Of a stretch of DNA of 64,000 bases, positions 52,046 to 63,814 are shown in pieces. Below the pieces are notes generated by a model. The model was not told the origin of the DNA and did not search any database. It saw only the letters and a list, made by a program, of their open reading frames with translations. This stretch comes from Eledone cirrhosa (Eukaryota), in the NCBI GenBank assembly GCA_964016885.1, contig OZ024763.1, positions 15,128,001 to 15,192,000 of the forward strand, given 5' to 3'. The translations under genes were made by a program, and so were the position numbers. Positions within the stretch are counted from its first letter, which is position 1; each line of letters starts with the position of its first letter.

Positions 52046-53218
52046 TAGTTGGATAACATTCATGAGCTCAGCTGGTCTCGCTTGGGAATCCAGCTGGATC
52101 AATTGGAGACAGTTGCTTCTAACAGGACCTGAGAGAAAAGTTGGAATGAGTGTTTGAGGACTCTGCCCCCATGACCTTCTCAAGAATAAGTGGGTGAAGA
52201 AGAAGATAAAGCTAATTATATATTTATCAAACTGGTCAGTGTCATTCTGGCACCAAGGAGTCTCCTAATGACAAGATTAACTTCACTCTAATTAGCCCAG
52301 TAAACCTACACTTAATTAAGAACCTGGTAATTAGTCAGAGGCTGTAATTTTATGACAACAAATACCAGTAATTATATATACTTTTACTGGCTGGGTTGTG
52401 TTGGTAGTGTAGCTTTTAGAAACAGAAGCCAAGCCATCACAAAACCATCATCACCGTTATCAAACCATCACCATTACAACCATTATCAAACCATCATCAC
52501 CATTATCAAACCATCATCACCATTACATTACCATCATCATCATCATCATCATCCATACTCCAGTATGGCCAAAGCCAAATGGCTGGAACTAGAGAGAGAC
52601 AGACAGACAGACAGAGAAGGAGAAAGAAAAGGAGAGAAAAGAGGAAAAAAGAGAGGGAGAAAAGGAGAGAGGAAAAAAGAGGGAGAAAAGGAGAGAGAAG
52701 AGAGGAAAAAAGAGAGAGAAAAGGAGAGAGAAGAGAGGAAAAAAGAGGGGGAGAAAAGAAGAGAGAAGAGAGGAAAAAAGAGGGAGAAAGGGAGAGAGAA
52801 GAGAGGGGAAAAGAGAGGGAGAAAAGGAGAGAGAAGAGAGGAAAAAAGAGGGAAAAAACGAGAGAGAAGAGAGAAAAAAAGAGAGGGAGAAAAGAAGAGA
52901 GAGAAGAGAGGGAAAAGGAGGGGGAGAAAGACAAAAAATATAAAGGGGGAGATTAGTACTTAATATTTAAGTCTGTGGTTGGTGGATTGGTTAGGGCAGT
53001 GGGTATGAGATGAATCTACCTACCAGTGGTATACTGGGGTGAAGGCTGACAGTCTTTCAAGAATGTAAGAACACAGAGATGTGACAGAGAGAGAGAATGA
53101 GGGAGCACAGTTAATTAGTTCTCTGGTTTGTTAGGGCAGTGGGCATGAGATGAAGATACCAGTGGTATATTGGGGTGAAAGTTTGGCATCGAGCAGCAAA
53201 CGTTGGAACCAGACAAAC

Positions 53219-53320
53219 CTAGGGAGTTCCTGGAATTTCTAAACTGAGCTGCCGATGGACTCCTCCTTCCACTGACGTAAAGCTTTCTTGAGATCCGACT
53301 GACCGCTGCTACTCCTCCGC
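53219..53320 (-). CDS. Candidate 102-nt exon upstream of the PDZ exon
   Basis: Unique GC-richer island, ttgccttctttag|GCGGAGG...CCCTAG|gtttgt. The phase 1/1 frame is open (GGVAAVSRISRKLYVSGRRSPSAAQFRNSRNSL) and would join the PDZ exon in frame. Another frame reads RRSSSGQSDLKKALRQWKEESIGSSV-stop. Confidence 0.4.
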
Positions 53321-53364
53321 CTAAAGAAGGCAACACTTTAGACAGGTCAAATATAGTTGGATCA

Positions 53365-53775
53365 AGAATGGGTTAACATGGGATCAACATTGGGTCAAAA
53401 CTGAATCAACACAGGCTCAATACTGGGTCAATATCGGATCAACATATGATCAATACTGGGTGAACATTGAGTCAACATTGGGTCAGCATTGGGTAAACAT
53501 TGGATCAACATTTAAGTCAACATTGGGTTAACACAGGGTCAACATTTAAGTCAACATTGGGTAAACACAGGATCAGCATTTAAGTCAATATTGGGTAAAC
53601 ACAGGATCAGCATTTAAGTCAATATTGGGTAAACACAGGATCAGCATTTAAGTCAACATTGGGTTAACACAGGATCAACATGTAAGTCAACATTGGGTTA
53701 GCATTGAGTTAACATTGAGGCAAAACTGGATCAACAATGGGTCAATACTGTATCATTATTAGATCAACCTTAGGT
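53365..53775. repeat. Degenerate 10-11-bp minisatellite (ggtcaacatt) with a higher period of about 32 bp
   Basis: Direct inspection. Confidence 0.8.
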
Positions 53776-54307
53776 TAACAGCAGGGGAAACAATGGGTTA
53801 ATACTAGATAAATAGATTAACATTGGAAAACAAAGTACCACATGAACTGACAAACAGTTATTAGCATTTGTGAATATTATGAAAATACAATCAAGATTAT
53901 TATTATTATTATTATTAGTGATAGTTTTTGTTAATTGTTTTTGTAAATTTTTTTTACTCGATTGCATGTAAATCCCACTGTCCTCGTCTCTGTATCGTCC
54001 TCTATGTTTGGTCCTTGTGGCCAATAATAAAGAAATCATTATTATTATTACTAGCAGAAAACCACTCTTCGGGAGGTTTTCTGCTAGCATGTGTAGTGTG
54101 CATATTGATGATACGTGAAATAAAATCGTAATTGAGAATATGAACAGAAATTGAAGAGAAACTGTGTTACACTCTCTTCTGTAATCCATGATACATTTAA
54201 AAAAGACGATATTATATATAAACTGCATTATGGCGAAATGTTATGAAAACAAAAAAGGAGAAAATTATCGATGGAAATATAAACCTTATGTAACTATGCA
54301 AATATAA

Positions 54308-54606
54308 GTCGATGGAAGCCGCGGAGTTGGGAGACCCAAGAAGACCTGGGATGAGGTGATAAAGGCCGACCTTACCCAATTGCACCTCTCAAGAGCAATG
54401 ACACATGGCCGTGACCTCTGGTGTCACACAGTAATACAGAAGACCCGACCCCGCCACAGGAACAAGCCAAAGCTGAAGCATATAGACAATATGCCGCCTA
54501 CCCTCCCACTGCAAAGTGGTTGGGGAGGTGCCATGGCAAAAAAGCACCCAGCCCACACTGTAAAGTGGACGTGTAAACGTAAAACGATGATGATGATGAT
54601 GATGAT
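54308..54606 (+). mobile_element. Short RTE LINE 3' fragment
   Basis: GSRGVGRPKKTWDEVIKADLTQLHLSRAMTHGRDLW, with a (GAT)n tail. Confidence 0.82.
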
Positions 54607-54828
54607 TTATATAAGCGATGTGATATAGCGTACGGCTATATGTGATGATATTACGGACGTTAACCGGAGAGAAGTGAATCTTAAAATAAGCTATAGATAA
54701 CTTATAAGAATATTTAGATTTAATTGAGAGCTACAAAATTTAGAAGATAAATTACATAATATTCATTCATGATTTATTCAAGGTACTCCAACTTATTTTA
54801 ATAACGTGTTCAGAAAAAATATCCCTGA

Positions 54829-56434
54829 CACCACATGTCCTCTGCAGTCACTGCCCATGTTTCACTACCATGCAGGCAGCACCACATGTCCTCTGCAGTC
54901 ACTGCCCATGTTTCACTACCATGCAGGCAGCACCACATGTCCTCTGCAGTCACTGCCCATGTTCCACTACCATGCAGGTAGCACCACATGTCCTCTGCAG
55001 TCACTGCCCATGTTTCACTTCCATGCAGGCAGCACCACATGTCCTCTGCAGTCACTGTCCATGTTTCACTACCATGCAGGCAGAACCACATGTCCTCTGC
55101 AGTCACTGCCCATGTTTCACTACCATGCAGGCAGCACCACATGTCCTCTGCAGTCACTGCCCATGTTTCACTACCATGCAGGCAGCACCACATGTCCTCT
55201 GCAGTCACTGCCCATGTTCCACTACCATGCAGGTAGCACCACATGTCCTCTGCAGTCACTGCCCATGTTTCACTTCCATGCAGGCAGCACCACATGTCCT
55301 CTGCAGTCACTGTCCATGTTTCACTACCATGCAGGCAGAACCACATGTCCTCTGCAGTCACTGTCCATGTTTCACTACCATGCAGGCAGCACCACATGTC
55401 CTCTGCAGTCACTGCCCATGTTTCACTACCATGCAGGTAGCACCACATGTCCTCTGCAGTCACTGCCCATGTTTCACTTCCATGCAGGCAGCACCACATG
55501 TCCTCTGCAGTCACTGTCCATGTTTCACTACCATGCAGGCAGAACCACATGTCCTCTGCAGTCACTGCCCATGTTTCACTACCATGCAGGCAGCACCACA
55601 TGTCCTCTGCAGTCACTGCCCATGTTTCACTACCATGCAGGCAGCACCACATGTCCTCTGCAGTCACTGCCCATGTTTCACTACCATGCAGGCAGCACCA
55701 CATGTCCTCTGCAGTCACTGCCCATGTTTCACTACCATGCAGGCGGCACCACATGTCCTCTGCAGTCACTGCCCATGTTTCACTACCATGCAGGCAGCAC
55801 CACATGTCCTCTGCAGTCACTGCCCATGTTTCACTACCATGCAGGCAGCACCACATGTCCCCTGCAGTCACTGCCCATGTTCCACTACCATGCAGGCAGC
55901 ACCACATGTCCTCTGCAGTCACTGCCCATGTTTCACTACCATGCAGGCAGCACCACATGTCCTCTGCAGTCACTGTCCATGTTTCACTACCATGCAGGCA
56001 GCACCACATGTCCTCTGCAGTCACTGCCCATGTTTCACTACCATGCAGGCAGCACCACATGTCCTCTGCAGTCACTGCCCATGTTTCACTTCCATGCAGG
56101 CAGCACCACATGTCCTCTGCAGTCACTGTCCATGTTTCACTACCATGCAGGCAGCACCACATGTCCTCTGCAGTCACTGTCCATGTTTCACTACCATGCA
56201 GGCAGCACCACATGTTCTCTGCAGTCACTGCCCATGTTTCACTACCATGCAGGCAGCACCACATGTCCTCTGCAGTCACTGTCCATGTTTCACTACCATG
56301 CAGGCAGCACCACATGTCCTCTGCAGTCACTGTCCATGTTTCACTACCATGCAGGCAGCACCACATGTCCTCTGCAGTCACTGTCCATGTTTCACTACCA
56401 TGCAGGCAGCACCACATGTACTCTGCAGTCACTG
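54829..56434 (-). repeat. 51-bp minisatellite (about 31.5 units) derived from RTE LINE coding sequence
   Basis: The unit translates as LHGSETWAVTAEDMWCC, compared with RTE LHGCETWAATAEDMRRL at 32.6 kb. Confidence 0.92.
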
Positions 56435-56622
56435 GTGGATTGGCAGTATCAGTAGAGGATCGGACGCCATGCTTTGACGCATAGAGTTACGGCCCTTGCC
56501 ATTCTGAGTTCAAATCCCGCCGAGGTTAACTTTGCCTTTCATCCTTACAGGATCAATAAAATAAAGTACCAGTAATGCACTGGGGTAATTGCTGGCCTTG
56601 TACCAAAAGTAGAAACAATTAT
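56434..56622 (+). mobile_element. SINE family 2, full-length-like copy
   Basis: gtggattggcagtatcagtagagg...tgagttcaaatcccgcc...aaagtagaaacaattat. Confidence 0.8.
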
Positions 56623-56654
56623 ATATTAGATTGTCATCACCAATATTATTATTA

Positions 56655-59600
56655 TTGTCATCATCATCATCAATATCAATACCATCATCCTCAAAAATCA
56701 CCAATAACATCACCAACATCACAAGCATAATCATTATCACCACCACCAATACCATCAATACCATCACCACCACCACCATCATCATCATCACCACCATCAA
56801 TACCACCACCACCATCACCACCACCATCAATACCACCACCACCATCACCACCACCATCAATACCACCACCACCATCACCACCACCATCAATACCACCACC
56901 ATCACCACCACCATCAATACCACCACCACCACCATCACCATCAATACCACCACCACCATCACCACCACCATCAATACCACCACCACCACCATCACCATCA
57001 ATACCACCACCACCATCACCACCACCATCAATACCACCACCACCACCATCACCACCACCATCAATACCACCACCACCATCACCACCACCATCAATACCAC
57101 CACCACCACCATCACCATCAATACCACCACCACCATCACCACCACCATCAATACCACCACCACCACCATCACCACCACCATCAATACCACCACCACCACC
57201 ATCACCACCACCATCAATACCACCACCACCACCATCACCACCACCATCAATACCACCACCACCATCACCACCACCATCAATACCACCACCACCACCATCA
57301 CCATCAATACCACCACCACCATCACCACCACCATCAATACCACCACCACCACCATCACCACCATCAATACTACCACCACCATCACCACCACCATCAATAC
57401 CACCACCACCACCATCACCACCACCATCAATACCACCACCACCACCATCACCATCAATACTACCACCACCATCACCACCACCATCAATACCACCACCACC
57501 ACCATCACCACCACCATCAATACCACCACCACCACCATCACCACCACCATCAATACCACCACCACCACCATCACCATCAATACTACCACCACCATCACCA
57601 CCACCATCAATACCACCACCACCACCAATACCACCACCACCACCATCACCATCAATACTACCACCACCATCACCACCACCATCAATACCACCACCACCAT
57701 CACCACCACCATCACCACCACCATCAATACCACCACCACCACCATCACCATCAATACTACCACCACCATCACCACCACCATCAATACCACCACCACCACC
57801 ATCACCACCACCATCAATACCACCACCACCATCACCACCACCATCAATACCACCACCACCACCACCATCACCACCACCATCAATACCACCACCACCACCA
57901 TCACCATCAATACTACCACCACCATCACCACCACCATCAATACCACCACCACCACCATCACCACCACCATCAATACCATCACCACCACCATCAATACCAC
58001 CACCACCACCATCACACCACCACACCATCACCACCACCATCAATACCACCACCACCACCACCATCAATACCACCACCACCATCACCACCACCATCAATAC
58101 CACCACCATCACCACCACCATCAATACCACCACCACCACCATCACCATCAATACCACCACCACCACCATCACCATCACCATCAATACCACCACCACCACC
58201 ATCACCACCACCATCAATACCACCACCACCACCATCACCACCACCATCAATACCACCACCACCACCATCACCATCAATACCACCACCACCACCATCACCA
58301 TCACCATCAATACCACCACCACCACCATCACCACCACCATCAATACCACCACCACCACCACCACCACCACCATCAATACCACCACCACCATCACCACCAC
58401 CATCAATACCATCACCATCATCATCAATACCACCACCACCATCACCACCACCATCAATACCACCACCACCATCACCACCACCACCACCACCACCACCACC
58501 ATCTTCACCGCTATCATTATAAAGGTTTCTGATTTAGCCACGAGGCAAACAGTTTGAGGGTCGGGGAAAGTCAATTAAATCATCATCATCATCACCCTCA
58601 CCACCATCATCGCAATCACAAACATCATCATCATCATCGTCATCAATATGATCAACACCATCACCATCACCACCATCATCATAATATTATCACTATTACC
58701 AACATCACTATCAATACCATCATCATCATCCTCACCAACATCACTGTCATAATCATCATCAATAGCATCATCATCATCATCATCATAAGCATAAAAGAAA
58801 TAAACATAAGATACCCCAGTATGGCCACAGTCCACTGGCTGGAACTAGGACTGATAGAGAGAGGAAGAGAGGTTTCGCTTGGAAAAGCTAACAGCTACCA
58901 TAGCAACTGATGGTGGTGGTAGAGATGGTGGTGGAAGTGGTGGTGGCAGTGAGTGGTGATGTCGGTGGTGGTGGTGGTGGTGATAATGATGTCAGTGGAG
59001 GTGGTGGTGGAGATGGTGGTGGCAGTGGTGGTGATGATGGTGGTGGTGCTGGTGTTGGTGGTGGTATTGATAGTGATGATGGTGGTGGTGTTGATGGTAG
59101 TGGTATTGATAATGATGATGGTGGTGGTGTTGGTGTTGGTGGTGATATTGATAGTGATGGTGATGGTGGTAGAGATAGCAGTGGTGGTAGTGATGGTAGT
59201 GGTGGTGGAAGCAGTGGTGGTGGAGATAGCAGTGGTGGTTGTGATGGTGGTGGTGGTAGTGATGGTGGTGGTAGTGATGGTGGTGGTAGTGATGGTGGTG
59301 GTAGTGATGGTGGTGGTAGTGATGGTGGTGGTGGTGATGGTGGTGGTGGTGATGGTGGTGGTAGTGATGGTGGTAGTGGTGGTGGTGGTGGTAGTGATGG
59401 TGGTAGTGATGGTGGTGGTCGAGATACTAGTGGTGGTAGTGGTGGTAGTGATGGTGGTGGGGGAGATTGCAGTGGTGGTAGTGATGGTGGTGGTGGTGGT
59501 GGTGGTGGTAGTGGTGGTGGTGGTGGTGGTGGTGGAAGCAGTGGTGGTAGTGATGGTGGTAGTGATGGTGGTGGTGGTGGTGGTGGAAGCAGTATTGCAG
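56655..59600. repeat. (ACC/ATC)-based satellite (caataccaccacc units) followed by a GGT/GAT tract
   Basis: Direct inspection. Confidence 0.92.
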
Positions 59601-59924
59601 CCATTATTGTTTCTGCTGCTGCTGCTGCTGTTGTTGTTGGCAGTAGTCATAGTGACCAGTATACTATGTGTGTGGGTGTCCATCTTAACAACAATTTCAG
59701 GTTGGGGGAGAAGGGAGAGGAGGAAAACAGAGTAGGACACAATATAGGAGGTAGGAGGAAGAGGAGGGGTGTATATGATAAGCACAACATAGCTGTAGCA
59801 TGTGTGTATATACATATATAACCATGATGATGATGATGGTATATAGGAGTATTTGTGCGTGCGCATATATATATATATATTTATATATCTGTGTGCATAT
59901 ATACATGCATGTGTGTGTGTGAGT

Positions 59925-60026
59925 GTGTACCCAAAAAATGTATACACAATTCAACAGCATTCTATTAAATATTACCTGTACAGGTAATCAAAGTTTTGTA
60001 TACATTTTTTGGAAGACACCTTGTAT
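59925..60026. mobile_element. Small Tc1/mariner-type MITE, with an inverted duplicate at about 60678-60780
   Basis: ta|cagggtgtcctccaaaaaatgcatac...gtatacatttttggggtacac TIR-like ends. Confidence 0.5.
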
Positions 60027-60055
60027 ATACTTTTTACCTGCTCCAGCTATCCGGC

Positions 60056-60092
<37 letters not shown>

Positions 60093-60095
<3 letters not shown>

Positions 60096-60580
60096 GAAGT
60101 TCTATTTAATTTGTTGGGATACAACAAGCAAATATTTTTATAACTGATATAAAGCACTCAACAAATTATTGGAGTAAAAATACGATATATTAACAAATGG
60201 AAACTATATTTATAAAACCATATTTATTTCATTATACATATTTCAAGGACACCAAGTTAAATTATGGTATGCTTTCATCAGATAAAATATAATTGTTTCT
60301 TCTTTTGGCACAAGGCCAGCAATTATCCAGTACATTACTGGTACTTTATTTTATCGACCCCGTAAGGATGAAAGGCAAAGTCAACCTCGGCGGAGAGCAG
60401 TTTTATGAATAAATATTGACATACCCTTAAAGAATGCGACCATTTCTGTTGGAAGCTCCCGGATAGTTACGTTATATTTTATCTGATGAAAGCACACCAT
60501 AATTTAACTTGGTGTCCTTGAAATATGTATAATGAAATAAATATGGTTTTATAAATATAGTTTCCATTTGTTAATATATC

Positions 60581-60583
<3 letters not shown>
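60093..60583 (-). mobile_element. Family A fold-back element with hammerheads at 60225-60289 (-) and 60475-60539 (+), interrupted by a SINE 2 fragment
   Basis: tattttat-CTGATGA-aagcacacca..tggtgtcctt-GAAA-tatgta-TA-atgaaata on the plus arm, mirrored on the minus arm. (TA)n flanks. Confidence 0.75.
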
Positions 60584-60626
<43 letters not shown>

Positions 60627-60874
60627 TGGTGCCCCATCACGGCCTCAGCCAGATAGCTGGAACAGGTAAGAAGTATATACAGGGTGTCCTCCAAAAAATG
60701 CATACAAAACTTTGATTACCTGTACAGGCAATATTTAATAGAATGCTGTTGAATTGTGTATACATTTTTGGGGTACACACACACACATGCATGTATATAT
60801 GCACACACATATAAATATATATATATGCGCACACACACACTCCTATATATCATCATCGTTATATATGTATATAC

Positions 60875-62312
60875 ATCATCATCATCATCGTTTAACGTCC
60901 ATTTTCCACGCTAGCATGGGTTAGGCGGGAGTTGTCCCACTTGAGGCAAGGCTGGTCGGGTGACCGTGTCTCGTTCACATAGGACTATCTGGCAGGTTTT
61001 CTACGGCTGGATGCCCTTCCTAACACCAACTACATTTACAGTGTGGAACTGGGAACTTTGTACCGTGTTACCTACACGGCCACATTACAGCGTGGACTGT
61101 GTGTGTGTTTTTTTTGTCGTGACACCTACACGAACTCGATCTCATTTTCTTGTGCTGTTGGTGGGTGTGGGAGGATAGGGTAGGGGTAGTAGATTGGGGT
61201 GTATATTTGGTTAAGAGGTGCCTACTGACTGTAGGTTTCGCTTTGTACATAGGCAAGGCGGGTCTTCTGTATTACTGCATGGTGCGAAAGATCTGTCCAG
61301 AGACATTGTCTTGGAGAGGTGTAAGTGTGTGAGGTCGGAATTTATCAGATCATCCCAGGATTTTCTGGGTCTACCTACTCCGTAACTACCATAAATTTTG
61401 ATCGCCCTGCACTTTTTTATGCAGCTGTCGTCTTTCATGCGCATCACGTGACCATACCAACATAGTCTTCTCTCAAGTAAACAGCATCTGATCCCTCTTA
61501 TTCCTAATTTCTCACTGAGTTCATTTATGCTTTGCCGTTCACGTATATTACTATTACACATCCAACGGAGCATGCATGCTTCATTACTTTCCAGTCTACG
61601 CAGATCCTCTGCACGTAATGCCCATGTCTCACTGCCAAGTAGCATTGCTCTTCGTATACAGGCATCCTACAATCTGCCTTTCATTTTTAGAGAGAAACAT
61701 TTTGTGGCCAACAGCGGTATCAGCTCTCTGAACTTTTTCCATCCCGTTCTGACTCTGGCTACTGTACTTTCAGAACACCCTCCACCACTGCTGATTTCGT
61801 CACCCAGGTAACGGAAAGTGTCTACTATTTCTATAGAACCATCTGGGCAATGGAAGGAGCTAGTATCCTTTGGACACTTGCTACTTATTGCACCTGAGCA
61901 TTGGCCACATATAAAGTCTACCTTCTTAGATAGTTTACCTGTGATCCCACTACATCTTTTATGTACCCATACTTTGCATTTGGGACATAAAATGGAATTT
62001 CTGCCTACTCCTTTCCTACACACTGAGCATGGCCATTTCCCTGAGGGCACCTGTGCCCTATTTTCCTTTCTACAAACTAGAACTTTAGTCTTAGACAAGT
62101 CAACTTTAAGGCCATGCTTCCATGTTTCGAATTTCTTCTCTAGTTCAGCCATTGATTCAGCTAGGAGCGTTAGATCATCTGCGTATAGGAGTTCCCATGG
62201 GCAGCCGGTCTTGAACTCCTCTGTTAAAGCCTGAAGGGTAATAATAAATAAGAGGGGGCTAAGGACAGAGCCTTGATGAACGCCAACTTTTACACTAAAA
62301 GATCTCCATATT
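60875..62312 (-). mobile_element. 5'-truncated RTE LINE: RT motifs, Cys/His finger, C-terminus and 3' UTR
   Basis: GVHQGSVLSPLLF, LLYADDL, WPCSVC..ILCPKCKVWVHKRC..FICGQC, FRYLG. Premature stop at about 61667. Confidence 0.92.
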
Positions 62313-62508
62313 GTATGAGGGATCAAATTTGTGACCTAATCTCCTGGATATGTGGTCAATATTCGGTCTTAAAACATAACATAAATAAATAATATATCAG
62401 CTCTCATACCAGATTGAGCAACTTTTTCCTTTTTCACATCTATGCATATTAATTACATATACACAAAGACATATTGTAATAATAAATGTGAAGACTAAAA
62501 TCCGAAGA

Positions 62509-62893
62509 GGTTAGAGCATTGGGCTTGCAATCGAAAGGTTGTGAGTTCAATTCTCAGACCGGGTGATGTGTTGTTTCCTTGAGCAAGACACTTTATTTCA
62601 CATTGCTCCAGTTTACTCAGCTGTAGAAATGAGATGATAAGACTGGGGTCCCTATCATTCCACTGCAAAGTGGACGTGGAGGTGCCACGGCAAAAAAGCC
62701 CCCAGCACTCACTGTAAATGATGTTGGTGTTAGGAAGGGCATCCAGCTGTAGAAATCAAGCCAGAATCAGTTCCCATATGAGCAAGACAAGGTCAGCCGA
62801 CCGGACACTGCCCTCAACAGGACAACTCATCTAACCCATGTTAGCGTGGAAGAACGGACGTAAAACGGTGATGATGATGATGATGATGATGAT
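62509..62893 (+). mobile_element. SINE family 1 (slightly 5'-truncated)
   Basis: Same body and (GAT)n tail. Confidence 0.85.
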
Positions 62894-62919
62894 ATTTTAT
62901 GTATCGATCGACTTTCATC

Positions 62920-63117
62920 AAATCGGACCGAGGAAACAATGTTTTTGTCAGTCTTTCCAATTGCTAATACTATCTATCGGTCACAACTTCAGGTAGAAGG
63001 AACAACGTGAAATAAATTGTCTTGCTCAAGGACATAACGCATCACCCGGTCCAGGAATTGAACTCACAACCTCAAGATTGAGAATCCAATTCTCTAACCA
63101 CTCAGCCACACGCCTCC

Positions 63118-63118
<1 letters not shown>
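62920..63118 (-). mobile_element. tRNA-derived SINE whose body is the monomer of the 92/95-bp arrays
   Basis: Minus strand ggaggcgtgtggctgagtggttagag..gagttcaattcc head, then gttgtgaccgatagatagtattagcaattggaaagac..aacattgtttcctcggtc. Confidence 0.7.
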
Positions 63119-63159
<41 letters not shown>

Positions 63160-63160
<1 letters not shown>

Positions 63161-63814
63161 TAGCAGATTTACCCGGCGTTGCCTGGGGTTTGAAATTATG
63201 CTAAGGATATACAGCTAGGAAGTAAAAGAAGAAAATTATTTGTCCCCAACCTGTCAAAATAAGCAGAAGTCTTCAATAATTAATGATTTCTTTATTAACC
63301 ACAAGGGTTTACATAAAGTAGACATGCAGGACAATGCAGGACGGTACAAATGGGCATTTCTGCGTGTAAAAAACAAAAACAGAGGATGTAACAAAAAATA
63401 ACAATGAAAAAATTCCCCAATAGGGGGGAGACTTCGGAGGGACATTATCTTCAATAATTAATGCAAACAAATATTTAGTGCAATCTTTGTACACACAAAA
63501 CTATTCTGATAATGAAGGAAAACACTTAACAGGATGCAAAACACGTTGCAAATCTGTAAAAAAAAACAGGCAGTTTTGTTAAAGTACAAAAAGTTGTAAT
63601 GAAAGCAGAGTTGTATACAAACAAAAACAATGAGTTGAATAAGAGAAAATGTATTCTTGCTATCGATTTTTTATTGCTCAACGTGAGCCGATTTGAAAAA
63701 ATGTTTGTGATGTGACCATCTTAGCAATTTGAACTGCCACTTTAGAAGCAGTGCTTAGATTTCTTAATGATAATGACCTCAATCTTATGTTGTTATAGAA
63801 CACTCCTATATAGA
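63160..63814 (-). mobile_element. Non-autonomous Helitron
   Basis: Minus strand a|TCTATATAG ... cccaggcaacgccggg hairpin, then CTAG|t. No TSD. A related 3'-end remnant lies at 32952-32973. Confidence 0.6.

Noticed and set aside
52352-52963. KE/R-rich ORFs resembling the MYO18A KE domain
   Set aside because: They are on the opposite strand and come from a purine-only GA tract.
54806-56484. 535-549-aa repeat proteins as real genes
   Set aside because: A 51-bp LINE-derived tandem repeat that is open in several frames because the unit length is a multiple of three and lacks stops.
1074-60583. All palindromes being sequencing or amplification artefacts
   Set aside because: Most have arm mismatches, indels or a later insertion in only one arm and recur with a consistent architecture. 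The perfect one at 39.4 kb still needs read-level confirmation.
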